From Bdellovibrionia bacterium (GTDB lineage Bacteria; Bdellovibrionota; UBA1018), in NCBI GenBank assembly GCA_049424145.1, contig JBMSSC010000003.1, positions 1 through 52,971 on the forward strand: a stretch of 52,971 nucleotides of DNA. The letters run 5' to 3'. Numbering within the stretch: position 1 is the stretch's first letter; each line of letters starts with the position of its first letter. Of this stretch, positions 9,107-18,261 are shown one piece after another. A program made the position numbers and the translations under genes. The notes beneath the pieces are model-generated. The model saw only the letters and a program-made list of their open reading frames with translations. It was not told where the DNA came from and made no database searches.

Positions 9107-9991
9107 TTAAACTTGAATTGAAGCTTCGGGTAATAATTTTGGCTGCTGCGCGACACAATTTCGAATCTCGAGCAATTGCCGAATAAAGGCTCCCACATGC
9201 TCCAAATAAAACGCATTGGGCCCATCGCTGAGTGCCTTTTCAGGGCGTGGATGGCACTCCATAAACAACCCGTCCGCACCCGCTGCCATCGCTGCGCGCG
9301 CTAAAACCTCTAAGTTCTCGCGCTTGCCTCCGGTACTCTTACCCCCAGGAGCCGCTCCAGGCATTTGAATCGAATGCGTTGCATCATAGAGAACTGGAAC
9401 GCCAAACCTCTGCATGCTCTGAAACGAAGCCATATCGACGACTAGCGCATTGTAGCCAAAGCTCACCCCTCGCTCGGTCAAACAAAACCAATCGGAGCGG
9501 GGCTCAGGCCTGCTCGGGTTCTTTTGTCGCCACACCTTCTCCACTGCCCGAACTTTTTCCACAATATTTTTTGCATCCCAGGGAGCAAGAAACTGTCCTT
9601 TTTTTATGTTCAAACGCCTAGAATGATCCAAAGCCGCCTGAGCGGCTGCAACCACCATGTCCGTCTGACGACAGAGAAAGGCAGGAAGCTGAAGAAAATC
9701 CACGCTCTGAGCCACTTCTTGGGCCTGCTCCGGCGTGTGAAAATCCGTTAAGATCGGAAGCCCCGTTGCACTGCGAACATGATCTAAAATCTTGAGCCCC
9801 CCCACTAACCCAGGACCTCGAAACCCCTCAATCGAGGTGCGATTGGCCTTATCAAATGACGCCTTAAAGTACAGCTGCACGGGAAGATCGGCTAACTGCC
9901 GCTTGAGCTCGTGGGCGACCTCTAAGCAAAGCGCTTCATCTTCAATCACACAGGGTCCTGCAATCAAGGTCATGGGCTGCATCAAGCTCAT
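9107..9991 (-). CDS. kdsA: KDO-8-phosphate synthase (Cys-containing, metal-dependent type)
   Basis: IAGPCVIE, KASFDKANRTS, PAFLCRQTD, NIKKGQF, DATHS. Confidence 0.96.
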   Translation of the reverse strand: MSLMQPMTLIAGPCVIEDEALCLEVAHELKRQLADLPVQLYFKASFDKANRTSIEGFRGPGLVGGLKILDHVRSATGLPILTDFHTPEQAQEVAQSVDFLQLPAFLCRQTDMVVAAAQAALDHSRRLNIKKGQFLAPWDAKNIVEKVRAVEKVWRQKNPSRPEPRSDWFCLTERGVSFGYNALVVDMASFQSMQRFGVPVLYDATHSIQMPGAAPGGKSTGGKRENLEVLARAAMAAGADGLFMECHPRPEKALSDGPNAFYLEHVGAFIRQLLEIRNCVAQQPKLLPEASIQV

Positions 9992-10003
9992 GGGAGACGC
10001 TCC

Positions 10004-11647
10004 TTAATTTTTCTTCAGTCGTTGCTGCTTTGCCGCTCCAATGAACGCCGTGAACAAGGGGTGAGGCGCCAGCGGTTTACTTAAAAACTCGGGATGAAAC
10101 TGACACCCTAAGAACCAGGGATGAGAGGGAAGCTCAACCATCTCCACCAGCTCAGCTTCTAAACGAGCCTCCCAATGCTTCCCTGAAAACAAGAGGCCCT
10201 TTTCTTCAAGCTTTGGCTTAAACGCCTGGGACACTTCAAACCGGTGACGATGGCGCTCAAAAACTTGCTCTTTCCCATACGCAGAGTAAGCATGCGTTGG
10301 CTCACCCTCCCATTGCGGGAGGATCTCGCACGAATACGCCCCTAAGCGCATCGTTCCGCCTAAATCGGTCTGCTCCTTTTGAGAGCTCATCAGGTCAATG
10401 ACGTTTTCTGGACCCTGCGGCTTAAACTCGGCCGAGTTGGCCAAACGCATCCCACAGACGTGGCGGGCATACTCGATCACCGCCAATTGCATGCCCAAGC
10501 AAATCCCAAAAAATGGAATCCGATTGACCCGAGCATACTCAATTGCAGCAATCTTGCCCTCCACTCCTCTTTCGCCGAAACCGCCCGGCACTAAAATCGC
10601 ATCCACCATCGAAAGCGCCTTGGAATTCCCTGTTTTCTCAATCTCCTCGGAGTCTACGTACTCCACCGTCACACGAACATCGTTGGCAACTCCGCCGTGA
10701 ATCAAGGCCTCTGAGAGGGACTTGTAGCTATCTCGCCAATCCGTGTACTTACCGACCACTGCGATTTTGACTTCTCCTGAGGGCTTTTGGAGCCTCTCCA
10801 GCATGTGTTTCCACTTCGAAAGATCTGGACGCCCTGACCAAATCCCGAGCTTTTCTGCGATTTTTTCATCCAACCCCTCCTCATGAAAATACAGGGGGAC
10901 TTCGTAAATATTGCTCACATCGATCGCACTAAAGACATGATCACCGGAGACGTTACAAAAAAGACCGATCTTCTCCTTGACGTCCTTGGGCAACTGCCGA
11001 TCCGTGCGGCAGAGTAAAATATCAGGCTGAATTCCGATCTCTCTGAGCTCCTTCACACTATGCTGAGTGGGCTTGGTCTTCAGCTCCCCTGCGGCTGCAA
11101 TGTAGGGAACCAGCGTGAGGTGGACAAAAAGCACATGAGCGCCCCCCTCTTCGACCTTCATCTGACGAATGGCCTCTAAAAACGGTAAGCTCTCAATATC
11201 CCCGACTGTTCCCCCGACTTCGACAATGGCTAAGTCGGCATCCAAGCTCGCCTCACGGATGTGGCGCTTAATCTCATCAGTGATGTGAGGAATCACCTGG
11301 ACGGTTTGCCCTAAGTACCCCCCCGCTCTCTCCCTGCGAATCACTGCGTCGTAGATCCGACCCGTGGTGAAGCTATTTTTGCGGCTCAACTGAGCGCTTT
11401 GAACAAAACGAGAGTAATGGCCTAAGTCTAAATCCGTTTCTGCTCCATCATCTAAAACAAAGACCTCTCCATGCTGAGATGGATTCATGGTCCCAGGATC
11501 AACGTTTAAATAGGGATCCATCTTGATGAGGGTGACAGAAATGCCTCGCTGCTCCATCAGCATGCCAATGGATGCAGCGCTGATGCCTTTTCCAATGCTG
11601 GAAAGCACACCGCCTGTTACAAAAATATACTTCTTTTGCTTTGCCAT
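10004..11647 (-). CDS. pyrG: CTP synthase
   Basis: [36 protein letters not shown]. Confidence 0.98.
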   Translation of the reverse strand: MAKQKKYIFVTGGVLSSIGKGISAASIGMLMEQRGISVTLIKMDPYLNVDPGTMNPSQHGEVFVLDDGAETDLDLGHYSRFVQSAQLSRKNSFTTGRIYDAVIRRERAGGYLGQTVQVIPHITDEIKRHIREASLDADLAIVEVGGTVGDIESLPFLEAIRQMKVEEGGAHVLFVHLTLVPYIAAAGELKTKPTQHSVKELREIGIQPDILLCRTDRQLPKDVKEKIGLFCNVSGDHVFSAIDVSNIYEVPLYFHEEGLDEKIAEKLGIWSGRPDLSKWKHMLERLQKPSGEVKIAVVGKYTDWRDSYKSLSEALIHGGVANDVRVTVEYVDSEEIEKTGNSKALSMVDAILVPGGFGERGVEGKIAAIEYARVNRIPFFGICLGMQLAVIEYARHVCGMRLANSAEFKPQGPENVIDLMSSQKEQTDLGGTMRLGAYSCEILPQWEGEPTHAYSAYGKEQVFERHRHRFEVSQAFKPKLEEKGLLFSGKHWEARLEAELVEMVELPSHPWFLGCQFHPEFLSKPLAPHPLFTAFIGAAKQQRLKKN

Positions 11648-11681
11648 GTTTTTATCCGCCTGAGACTTTGTGTTTTCGGGG

Positions 11682-12428
11682 TTATACTAGGAGTTGACGG
11701 ACTTTTTCAAGATCTTCGGCAGTATCGACCCCTAAAGATAGGCAATCCACATGAGCAATCCCAATGGGGATACCCGCCTCAAGTGCTCTGAGTTGTTCAA
11801 GAACTTCGGCTTTCTCGATCCCAGAGGAAGGGAGCTTGGAGAAGGTCAATAAAGTGGACCTTCGGTAGGCATAAAGCCCCACATGCCGCCTGCACACCAG
11901 CTGATTGACCTCTTGGGGTAACTCGCCTCGACTATAGGGAATCGGATGCCTAGAAAAATAAATAGCCCGAGAGCGCGCATCGGAAATCACCTTCACCACA
12001 GAGGGGTCTTTCAGCTCCGACCAGCTCCGAATGGGAACCATCACCGTACTGAAATCAAAGGAGGCCGACTCAATTAACTCCACCGCTTTTTCAATGGCCA
12101 CAGGATCAATCAGCGGCTCATCTCCTTGAAGGTTCACATAGATGTCCGCGTCCCGATAGCCTGACTCCTGAGCCACTTGAGCCACTCGGTCCGTTCCGCT
12201 AGCTAAATCAGGCGAGGTCAAACACACCTCCCCTTGAAAGCCCCGGACCACCGATGCAATCCTTTCATCATCGGTGGCGACCACCACCCGAGCGATGCCA
12301 CGGGCTTTTTTCGCCAGCTCATAGACCCGCTGAATCATCGGCTGCCCAGCAAGATCAAGCAATGGTTTGGCCGGTAGTCGGGTTGAGCCGTAACGAGCAG
12401 GAATCACAATGATCACATTTGACATCAT
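11682..12428 (-). CDS. kdsB: CMP-KDO synthetase
   Basis: [35 protein letters not shown]. Confidence 0.96.
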   Translation of the reverse strand: MMSNVIIVIPARYGSTRLPAKPLLDLAGQPMIQRVYELAKKARGIARVVVATDDERIASVVRGFQGEVCLTSPDLASGTDRVAQVAQESGYRDADIYVNLQGDEPLIDPVAIEKAVELIESASFDFSTVMVPIRSWSELKDPSVVKVISDARSRAIYFSRHPIPYSRGELPQEVNQLVCRRHVGLYAYRRSTLLTFSKLPSSGIEKAEVLEQLRALEAGIPIGIAHVDCLSLGVDTAEDLEKVRQLLV

Positions 12429-12663
12429 ACGCACCTTGAAGAATCACTCAGAAAATTCATCGAAATCCGTCTCCAAAGAGACGACTATGAATTCGATCTT
12501 ATACCTGAAGCGGTGACCTTAAAAAACAGATTTCTAATCCACTCGACTGACTGTTTATCGGCTGAGAAATCAAGCTCAGTGAGCAGACCTCAGCAGACCG
12601 ACTGTCTACTCTGCCGAGCGCACCCAAAGCTTCTCTTTGAAGGATTCTTCGGTCCCCTCCGGA

Positions 12664-13782
12664 TCAGATGAGGAGTTCGACTTCAGGCTTCCAAGACCCC
12701 TGCCACTGCTTGAGTCGAACCTGAGGCTTAGCAGAGTCTGCACTCAACTGATCGGAGGGGATCTGCTCAATGAAGGCATAGGTCAGCCGCACATGCCGTC
12801 CGTAATCATCAAGATCTAAATGAGTGAACTCATTCCAGGTTCCGGTATTAAAGTACTCTTTTCCCTCGCGCCACTGTCGATACCTCACCAGATGAGTGTG
12901 CCCGAAGATCACTGTATGAATCGATTCATGGTTTTCCAAAATTTTAAAAGCCACTTGATCGTAATCCGCATCCAACGTGATTTCTTTTAAAATCCCGAAA
13001 GTCGCAGCAACTCCCTGATGAATCTGAAATCGCCGTCTGAACAAAAGCGTATCAAAAATAAATTGAGCAATCCAAAACATGATTTTTATTCCCCAGAAAA
13101 AATCATGAATCATCACCCAGCGAAAAAAAATCGAAGAGGGCCTGACCTTATCAACATGAGGACGCTGCTGCTTAATTCGAGGCAAGAGCACCGCCACAAA
13201 CAAGGAACCCCACGGTAAGTTCAAAACCGGTTCAGGGAGACCCCGAGTCAAAAACGGCCTCTCCATATCCGTCTGAACAAAACGCTCGTACTGCTGACCA
13301 TGCTCGACATGAATGCCATCGAACCGATAGAACTCATCATAGAAAGTCACTGTCGCATTCACCGCACGTGAGAAGCACTGCCTAGGGCCTGGCCACAACA
13401 TGCCCACATCATGATTACCCACCACGTAGGAAATGGAGTGCCCCGGAACTTGAGCAAAACGCTTAAGACCCTCGAAAAACTCGGGGTGACCTACGATGAT
13501 TTTTTCAACCGCACGGACCACGCTTTTTTCTGTCATCAAGTGCGTGTGAATTCCGTAGGTGTCCATCTGTAGGAGGTTCAAAATATCTCCGTTTAAGATG
13601 ACCTCCACCTGAGCATGAGCAAACTCCCCTGAGCTATAAAAGTCTAAAAATTCGGCAAACTCGCGATCATAGACAAAGTCCTCTAAAATATTGCGCGTCC
13701 CATCGGCAAAGTAACGCCCTTTGCCTAAATGAAAGTCGCTCACCACAAGCTTGATCTTGCGCACCGAAGGACGATCAACCAC
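12664..13782 (-). CDS. Calcineurin-like metallophosphoesterase
   Basis: All five metal-binding motifs: SDFH, NGD, GNHD, HVEHG, GHTH. Start placed at GTG 13782, which has a GAGG RBS and overlaps the GGDEF gene stop; the ORF track's 13932 start is probably too long. Confidence 0.85.
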   Translation of the reverse strand: MVDRPSVRKIKLVVSDFHLGKGRYFADGTRNILEDFVYDREFAEFLDFYSSGEFAHAQVEVILNGDILNLLQMDTYGIHTHLMTEKSVVRAVEKIIVGHPEFFEGLKRFAQVPGHSISYVVGNHDVGMLWPGPRQCFSRAVNATVTFYDEFYRFDGIHVEHGQQYERFVQTDMERPFLTRGLPEPVLNLPWGSLFVAVLLPRIKQQRPHVDKVRPSSIFFRWVMIHDFFWGIKIMFWIAQFIFDTLLFRRRFQIHQGVAATFGILKEITLDADYDQVAFKILENHESIHTVIFGHTHLVRYRQWREGKEYFNTGTWNEFTHLDLDDYGRHVRLTYAFIEQIPSDQLSADSAKPQVRLKQWQGSWKPEVELLI

Positions 13783-14725
13783 CGAACACCTCGCTTTTGA
13801 GTCGAAGCGCTGGACTATGGCCCATTTGAATCGTATTTCGAGAAATTTTTTTGGCCCGAAACATCGCTTCATCCGCCATTTGGAGCATCTCTTTTTTCGT
13901 GCTCGCGTGATGGGGAAACAAAGCCACCCCAATGGAAACCGTGAAATGGACCTTCAGATTCTGCTTTCTTAAAAACGTCTTTCGCTCCACCGACTTTCTC
14001 ATTCTCTCCGCGACGGCTTGAGCGGTTTCAGATGGACATGAATTTAAAACTGCGACGAACTCATCCCCCCCATAACGAAACAGGACATCTCCGTGTCGAA
14101 CCTGTTTTTTTAAATGCTCTCCTAACTCATTTAAAATCTCACTTCCCAGGAGATGCCCCACGCTCTCATTGAGTTGCTTGAATCCATCGACATCCAAAAA
14201 TAAAACAGAAAATGACTGACCTGAGAGCTTTGCTTCAGAAATTTTTCGATCTAAAAAGCAACTTAAGTAACGGGCATTATAAAGCCCCGTCGTCTCATCT
14301 AAAAATGCCAGGCTTGAAAGGCCCTTTTTCTGATTCAAAATTTCACAAACGGATTTTTTAAACTCCAGAGGACTCATGGACTGAACCAAATAGTCTCGAG
14401 CTCCTAACTTCATCGCTAAGACGGCCTGCTCAATGGTGGGTCGGGCCTGAAGAAGCACAATCGCCGCAAGGGGACTGATTTTTCTAATCTTCTCTAAAAG
14501 AACTAAAGCCCAAGGAGAATCCCCACTCCCCATCACAATCATCAAAGGATCACGCCCCTGCTGAAGCGCTTGAAAAACTCGCCCCTCCTGATGAGTCAGA
14601 TCCACCTGACACTGAGGAATCGAACGAATGATTTCAGCGTATGGTCCGAGTCGCTCTAAACTCTCACCTAAGAGAAGGACTTCATCGAAGGAAATACGAG
14701 GGGATTTGCTTTTTCTTAAAACCAT
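13775..14725 (-). CDS. Degenerate receiver plus GGDEF dinucleotide cyclase with Hypr signature (probable 3',3'-cGAMP synthase)
   Basis: DETTGLYN, DVDGFK, GHLLGS (Ser195 where diguanylate cyclases have Asp), RHGD I-site, RYGGDEF. Confidence 0.85.
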   Translation of the reverse strand: MVLRKSKSPRISFDEVLLLGESLERLGPYAEIIRSIPQCQVDLTHQEGRVFQALQQGRDPLMIVMGSGDSPWALVLLEKIRKISPLAAIVLLQARPTIEQAVLAMKLGARDYLVQSMSPLEFKKSVCEILNQKKGLSSLAFLDETTGLYNARYLSCFLDRKISEAKLSGQSFSVLFLDVDGFKQLNESVGHLLGSEILNELGEHLKKQVRHGDVLFRYGGDEFVAVLNSCPSETAQAVAERMRKSVERKTFLRKQNLKVHFTVSIGVALFPHHASTKKEMLQMADEAMFRAKKISRNTIQMGHSPALRLKSEVFGG

Positions 14726-14728
14726 AGA

Positions 14729-16891
14729 TTAAGAGGCCTTTTCCGAATTTTCTTCCCCCTGAACCCCAAAAGAGGAATCCTTCAGGCCCACTTCTGCTTT
14801 TCCCTCTTGAGATGAATCCAGCAGGCCTCCTGCAACCCGAACCACTTGAAAAGCCTTAGTGAGGCGTTCGCGCAGTTTAGTTGCATTTTCTTTTTCCCGA
14901 TTACATTGCTGCTGAAGAAGGTCCATATTGAACTCTAAAACGTCCAGTTTCCGCTTTAACTCAATGATTTTTTGATCCCGAGCCGCAATTAAAGCCTCCG
15001 CATCTTTTTTACTCATTTCCAATCGATTCTCGAGCTCTTTTTCACGAACCCGAATTTTACGAATATCCGTTCGGACTCGCTCCTTAAAGCGCTCTAAATC
15101 ATCAATCGCCTGCTTTGCTTGGCGCTCTAAAATACGCGCACGATCGGTCTTGGCTTTCAATTGAAACGCAGACTCATCCATCTCAGCACGAAGCTGCTCT
15201 AAGGCGGATGCTTTTTCTTTTTCAAACTCATCGATTCTTTTTTTCTGTTCACTCACTGTGAATGAAAGCTCTGACTCCTTGGACTTGGACTGCTTGAGTT
15301 GCTGATTCAGCTCAGCCAACTGATCCTGAGAGAGCTTCAATTGCCCCGACAAAACGGCCACATCCTGCTCGCGGAGTAAGAGGTACTTTTTAACAGTTTC
15401 TAAGTCAGGGGATTGAGCAGCACCGCCAGGGACGACGGCATCCCCAAGGGGTTCAGAAAAAAAGAAGGGAGGAGGAGGAGTGGCAGAACTCTCCTTGCGA
15501 TACCCTTGAAGGAGGTAAGGCATTTCTTGCGCCACTTGTCGGTCCTCAAACGCTTCATGGGATGAACCCTCAGGTGAGTCCATCGAGGATTCAAGCGAAC
15601 CCCAATCCGCCCCTGACCCTCGAGCCAATAAACCTTGCTCCGAAAAGGATTCCTGCAAGTCCCCAGCTGAACGAAGCGCGGGAGCCAGATCCGGATTGGA
15701 TTCCAAAGCAAAGCTTGAATTCAGTCGAGTGGGATCCACCTCCGATGCAAGCTGGGCGGCACCAGAAGAAGGCAAAGAAGGAGACTCAGGACCTTGAGGA
15801 AGCGGGACCTCATCACCGGAAATAGAAAAAGACAACCCTTCTGATGCCCCCTCTCGCACGGGAGAGGACTGTTGAGACTGAAACGAAGGTAAATCCAAGG
15901 CCCCAGGTGCCACCGAGTCGGTAGTAGAGCTCTGCTGAGGGATCTGAATTTCTTTCTTCTCTAACTCCTCGATCGGTGTGCTGAAACTGGGTGAAGGAGG
16001 CCTCACCTGGTCCAACTGAGGATCAAACGATTGATCTAAAGCAATGTCGATCTCAGGAACAGAAGACGTGGAGGATGATAAACTGGATGAATCCTTTGCC
16101 GATGAGGCTGCCAAGGACTGGGCTGACTCCACACCCATGGAGTTCAGTTCAAGGGATAAACCACTGGACTCAGACGGACTGGGAATGCCTAGCGAAACTG
16201 CCGAGTGAGACTGGGAGTGCTCCGGTGCAGCCTCTGCGGGTGCTTTTGCAGGGGCCTTGAGTTTTGCACTTTTCTCAGGCCTCTCAGGCGAATCCAAAGC
16301 TGGACCCAGATCAAAGGTTTCTAAGTTAATGGAGAGTCCAGCTGAGTTCCCCCCGAGGTCTTTTTTAAAGATCTGAGAAGCATCTTCTAGAACGGGCATC
16401 TGAAAGGAATCTTGAGCCTCTCCACTGACTCGGGAATCCGGCTTGCCTAATTGAGTCACCCAAGCTTGCCCTAAAACTCCCTCAATGAGATCCGTGAGTT
16501 GCTCTTGGGAATAAGGAGCCTGCAAGTAAGCATTCGCACCATGAGGACCTCGTTGGTGTTCCGCACATTGACTCTCAGACCAGCTCTGCGTTGTCAGAAT
16601 CACGGGCAGCTCGGAGTACTGGGGGTTGGACTTGAGCTTTTCAAGAAAGGTTAAACCCGTCTCCTTTTCCTTAGCATCCCCCTTCACCTCACGACTGAGA
16701 ATGGCTAACTGAACCTCAGTGCGATGATTTTCCAGGAGTTTGAAGGCGTCTTTTGGCTTTTCCGCAAATAAAAAGGTAACCCCTTTTTTCTCCAAACCTC
16801 GGAGCATTTCGCGCTTTGCGTTAATTTGGGAGTCCAAAAAGAGGATCTTCATCAGATGGCTCATCGGTAAAGACGTCTCACAAGTTGACAC
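14729..16891 (-). CDS. FrzS/AglZ-like protein: pseudo-receiver, Ser/Pro-rich linker, C-terminal coiled coil
   Basis: KILFLDS...LAILSRE...LPVIL...AEHQRGPHGANAYL receiver fold lacking the phospho-Asp; roughly 350 aa of low complexity; about 190 aa of E/K/L/Q heptad-like sequence. Confidence 0.7.
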   Translation of the reverse strand: MSTCETSLPMSHLMKILFLDSQINAKREMLRGLEKKGVTFLFAEKPKDAFKLLENHRTEVQLAILSREVKGDAKEKETGLTFLEKLKSNPQYSELPVILTTQSWSESQCAEHQRGPHGANAYLQAPYSQEQLTDLIEGVLGQAWVTQLGKPDSRVSGEAQDSFQMPVLEDASQIFKKDLGGNSAGLSINLETFDLGPALDSPERPEKSAKLKAPAKAPAEAAPEHSQSHSAVSLGIPSPSESSGLSLELNSMGVESAQSLAASSAKDSSSLSSSTSSVPEIDIALDQSFDPQLDQVRPPSPSFSTPIEELEKKEIQIPQQSSTTDSVAPGALDLPSFQSQQSSPVREGASEGLSFSISGDEVPLPQGPESPSLPSSGAAQLASEVDPTRLNSSFALESNPDLAPALRSAGDLQESFSEQGLLARGSGADWGSLESSMDSPEGSSHEAFEDRQVAQEMPYLLQGYRKESSATPPPPFFFSEPLGDAVVPGGAAQSPDLETVKKYLLLREQDVAVLSGQLKLSQDQLAELNQQLKQSKSKESELSFTVSEQKKRIDEFEKEKASALEQLRAEMDESAFQLKAKTDRARILERQAKQAIDDLERFKERVRTDIRKIRVREKELENRLEMSKKDAEALIAARDQKIIELKRKLDVLEFNMDLLQQQCNREKENATKLRERLTKAFQVVRVAGGLLDSSQEGKAEVGLKDSSFGVQGEENSEKAS

Positions 16892-16983
16892 CTTATTTCC
16901 AAAAAGCTAACGTTTTCAATAGCGAATAGAAAAACCAACGAGAACCCGTATTCAGCCCGGAAGAGGGCCAAAAAGAGTTCACC

Positions 16984-17877
16984 ATGACGAATGATTCCAA
17001 ACGAATCTCAGACCAGATCACCCTACTCGTTTTCAAAGACCACTTCGTCTCACGAACCTTCGAGATTTCAATCACTTGGCTCCATCGACTGACCCTTCTG
17101 ATAAGCCTGCTCGTTCTTTTTGCATTCGTTTCAGCAGGATTAGCCATCAAGTATTTTATTCTTTATTCGTCTTCCCGTCCCTCGGACACTCAGATCCTTC
17201 AGAGCCCTGCTCCGCCTCTTTTAGGATCGTCCTCCAACCTCCCCGTCCAAGACATCAACTCCACCCCTGCTCCGACCCTTCAGAGCAAAAACTCAACGGA
17301 AACAGGGGGGATCTCACCTCAAGAGATGGGCACCCCCAGCGTCACTTCTGTTGACGCCTTCAGCAGCAGCTCGCAGTCTGAAACCTCCCTTCACCCCGTT
17401 GCGCTCACCCCAGGTGATTTCTCCGATGCTCCTGAGCTTGCGATTTCCATTCAAGACCCCAAATTGAAGTGGAAAAATAGAACTTTACAAATTCGATCTG
17501 CTTTTCAGTATATTAAAACCGATCAAGGCAACCAGACGGGAAGATTCCTTTTGTTAGCCCGCGGCCCCGGCCTGCTTTTTAGTTACCCCACGGGCGGATT
17601 CAATGAGCCCGGAAGCGCCTCCCTGCTCAAGCCCCAAAGTGGGGAGTACTTCTCCGTCAGCAGGTACCGAGAACTGAAAGCGGATTTTGGCCCGTTTGAC
17701 TCCCTGGATGCGCTCGAGTACCTGGAGCTTTACATTTTTACCCACGATGGGAAGCCTCTCGCCTATCGAAAATACCCCATTCACCCGAAAGACATTCCTC
17801 ATGAGCACTCCACCCAGGACTCCGTGACCCATAGCCCCGAGGAAACCCCTACTCCCCAGACTCCCCCTGAATCCTGA
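16984..17877 (+). CDS. Hypothetical single-pass membrane protein with Ser/Pro linker and periplasmic beta-rich domain
   Basis: 297-aa ORF with one hydrophobic segment (LTLLISLLVLFAFVSAGLAI); stop 9 nt before the bactofilin start. Confidence 0.7.
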   Translation: MTNDSKRISDQITLLVFKDHFVSRTFEISITWLHRLTLLISLLVLFAFVSAGLAIKYFILYSSSRPSDTQILQSPAPPLLGSSSNLPVQDINSTPAPTLQSKNSTETGGISPQEMGTPSVTSVDAFSSSSQSETSLHPVALTPGDFSDAPELAISIQDPKLKWKNRTLQIRSAFQYIKTDQGNQTGRFLLLARGPGLLFSYPTGGFNEPGSASLLKPQSGEYFSVSRYRELKADFGPFDSLDALEYLELYIFTHDGKPLAYRKYPIHPKDIPHEHSTQDSVTHSPEETPTPQTPPES

Positions 17878-17886
17878 GGTCCCACC

Positions 17887-18261
17887 ATGAACCCATTGAT
17901 CGAAAGCACCATCAACATCATCGCCGAAGGCACTCGAATCGAGGGCAAAGTCACCTTTGAAAACATTTCTCGAGTCCACGGAGTCTTAATCGGTGAAGTC
18001 CATACCCAGAAAAACAGCACCTTAGTGATTGCCGAGTCCGCCTGGGTGGAAGGCAACATTCACGCGGATGTCCTCATTGTCGATGGTTATGTGCGCGGGG
18101 ACATTTTAGCTTCTCAAAAAGTACTCATCTCGAAAACAGGACGAGTCATCGGCAACATTCTGGCTCCCACTTTCATCATGGAGTTTGGGGCCTACTTTGA
18201 GGGGCACTGCCGAATGCAAAAACTTCAAACTACTGAAGATCCGTCAACACCACTTGCTTGA
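17887..18261 (+). CDS. Bactofilin (polymer-forming cytoskeletal protein, CcmA/DUF583 family)
   Basis: IIAEGTRIEG, VEGNIHA, VDGYVRGDI, GAYFEGHC beta-helix repeats. Confidence 0.92.
   Translation: MNPLIESTINIIAEGTRIEGKVTFENISRVHGVLIGEVHTQKNSTLVIAESAWVEGNIHADVLIVDGYVRGDILASQKVLISKTGRVIGNILAPTFIMEFGAYFEGHCRMQKLQTTEDPSTPLA

Noticed and set aside
12435-12663. Hairpins upstream of kdsB (CGTCTC-CAAA-GAGACG flanked by AATTCAT/ATGAATT) as a possible riboswitch
   Set aside because: No match to any riboswitch consensus I can recognise; short stems of this kind are common
13783-13932. 50-aa N-terminal extension of the metallophosphoesterase in the ORF track
   Set aside because: It overlaps the GGDEF coding region; a GTG with an RBS at 13782 gives a normal domain start
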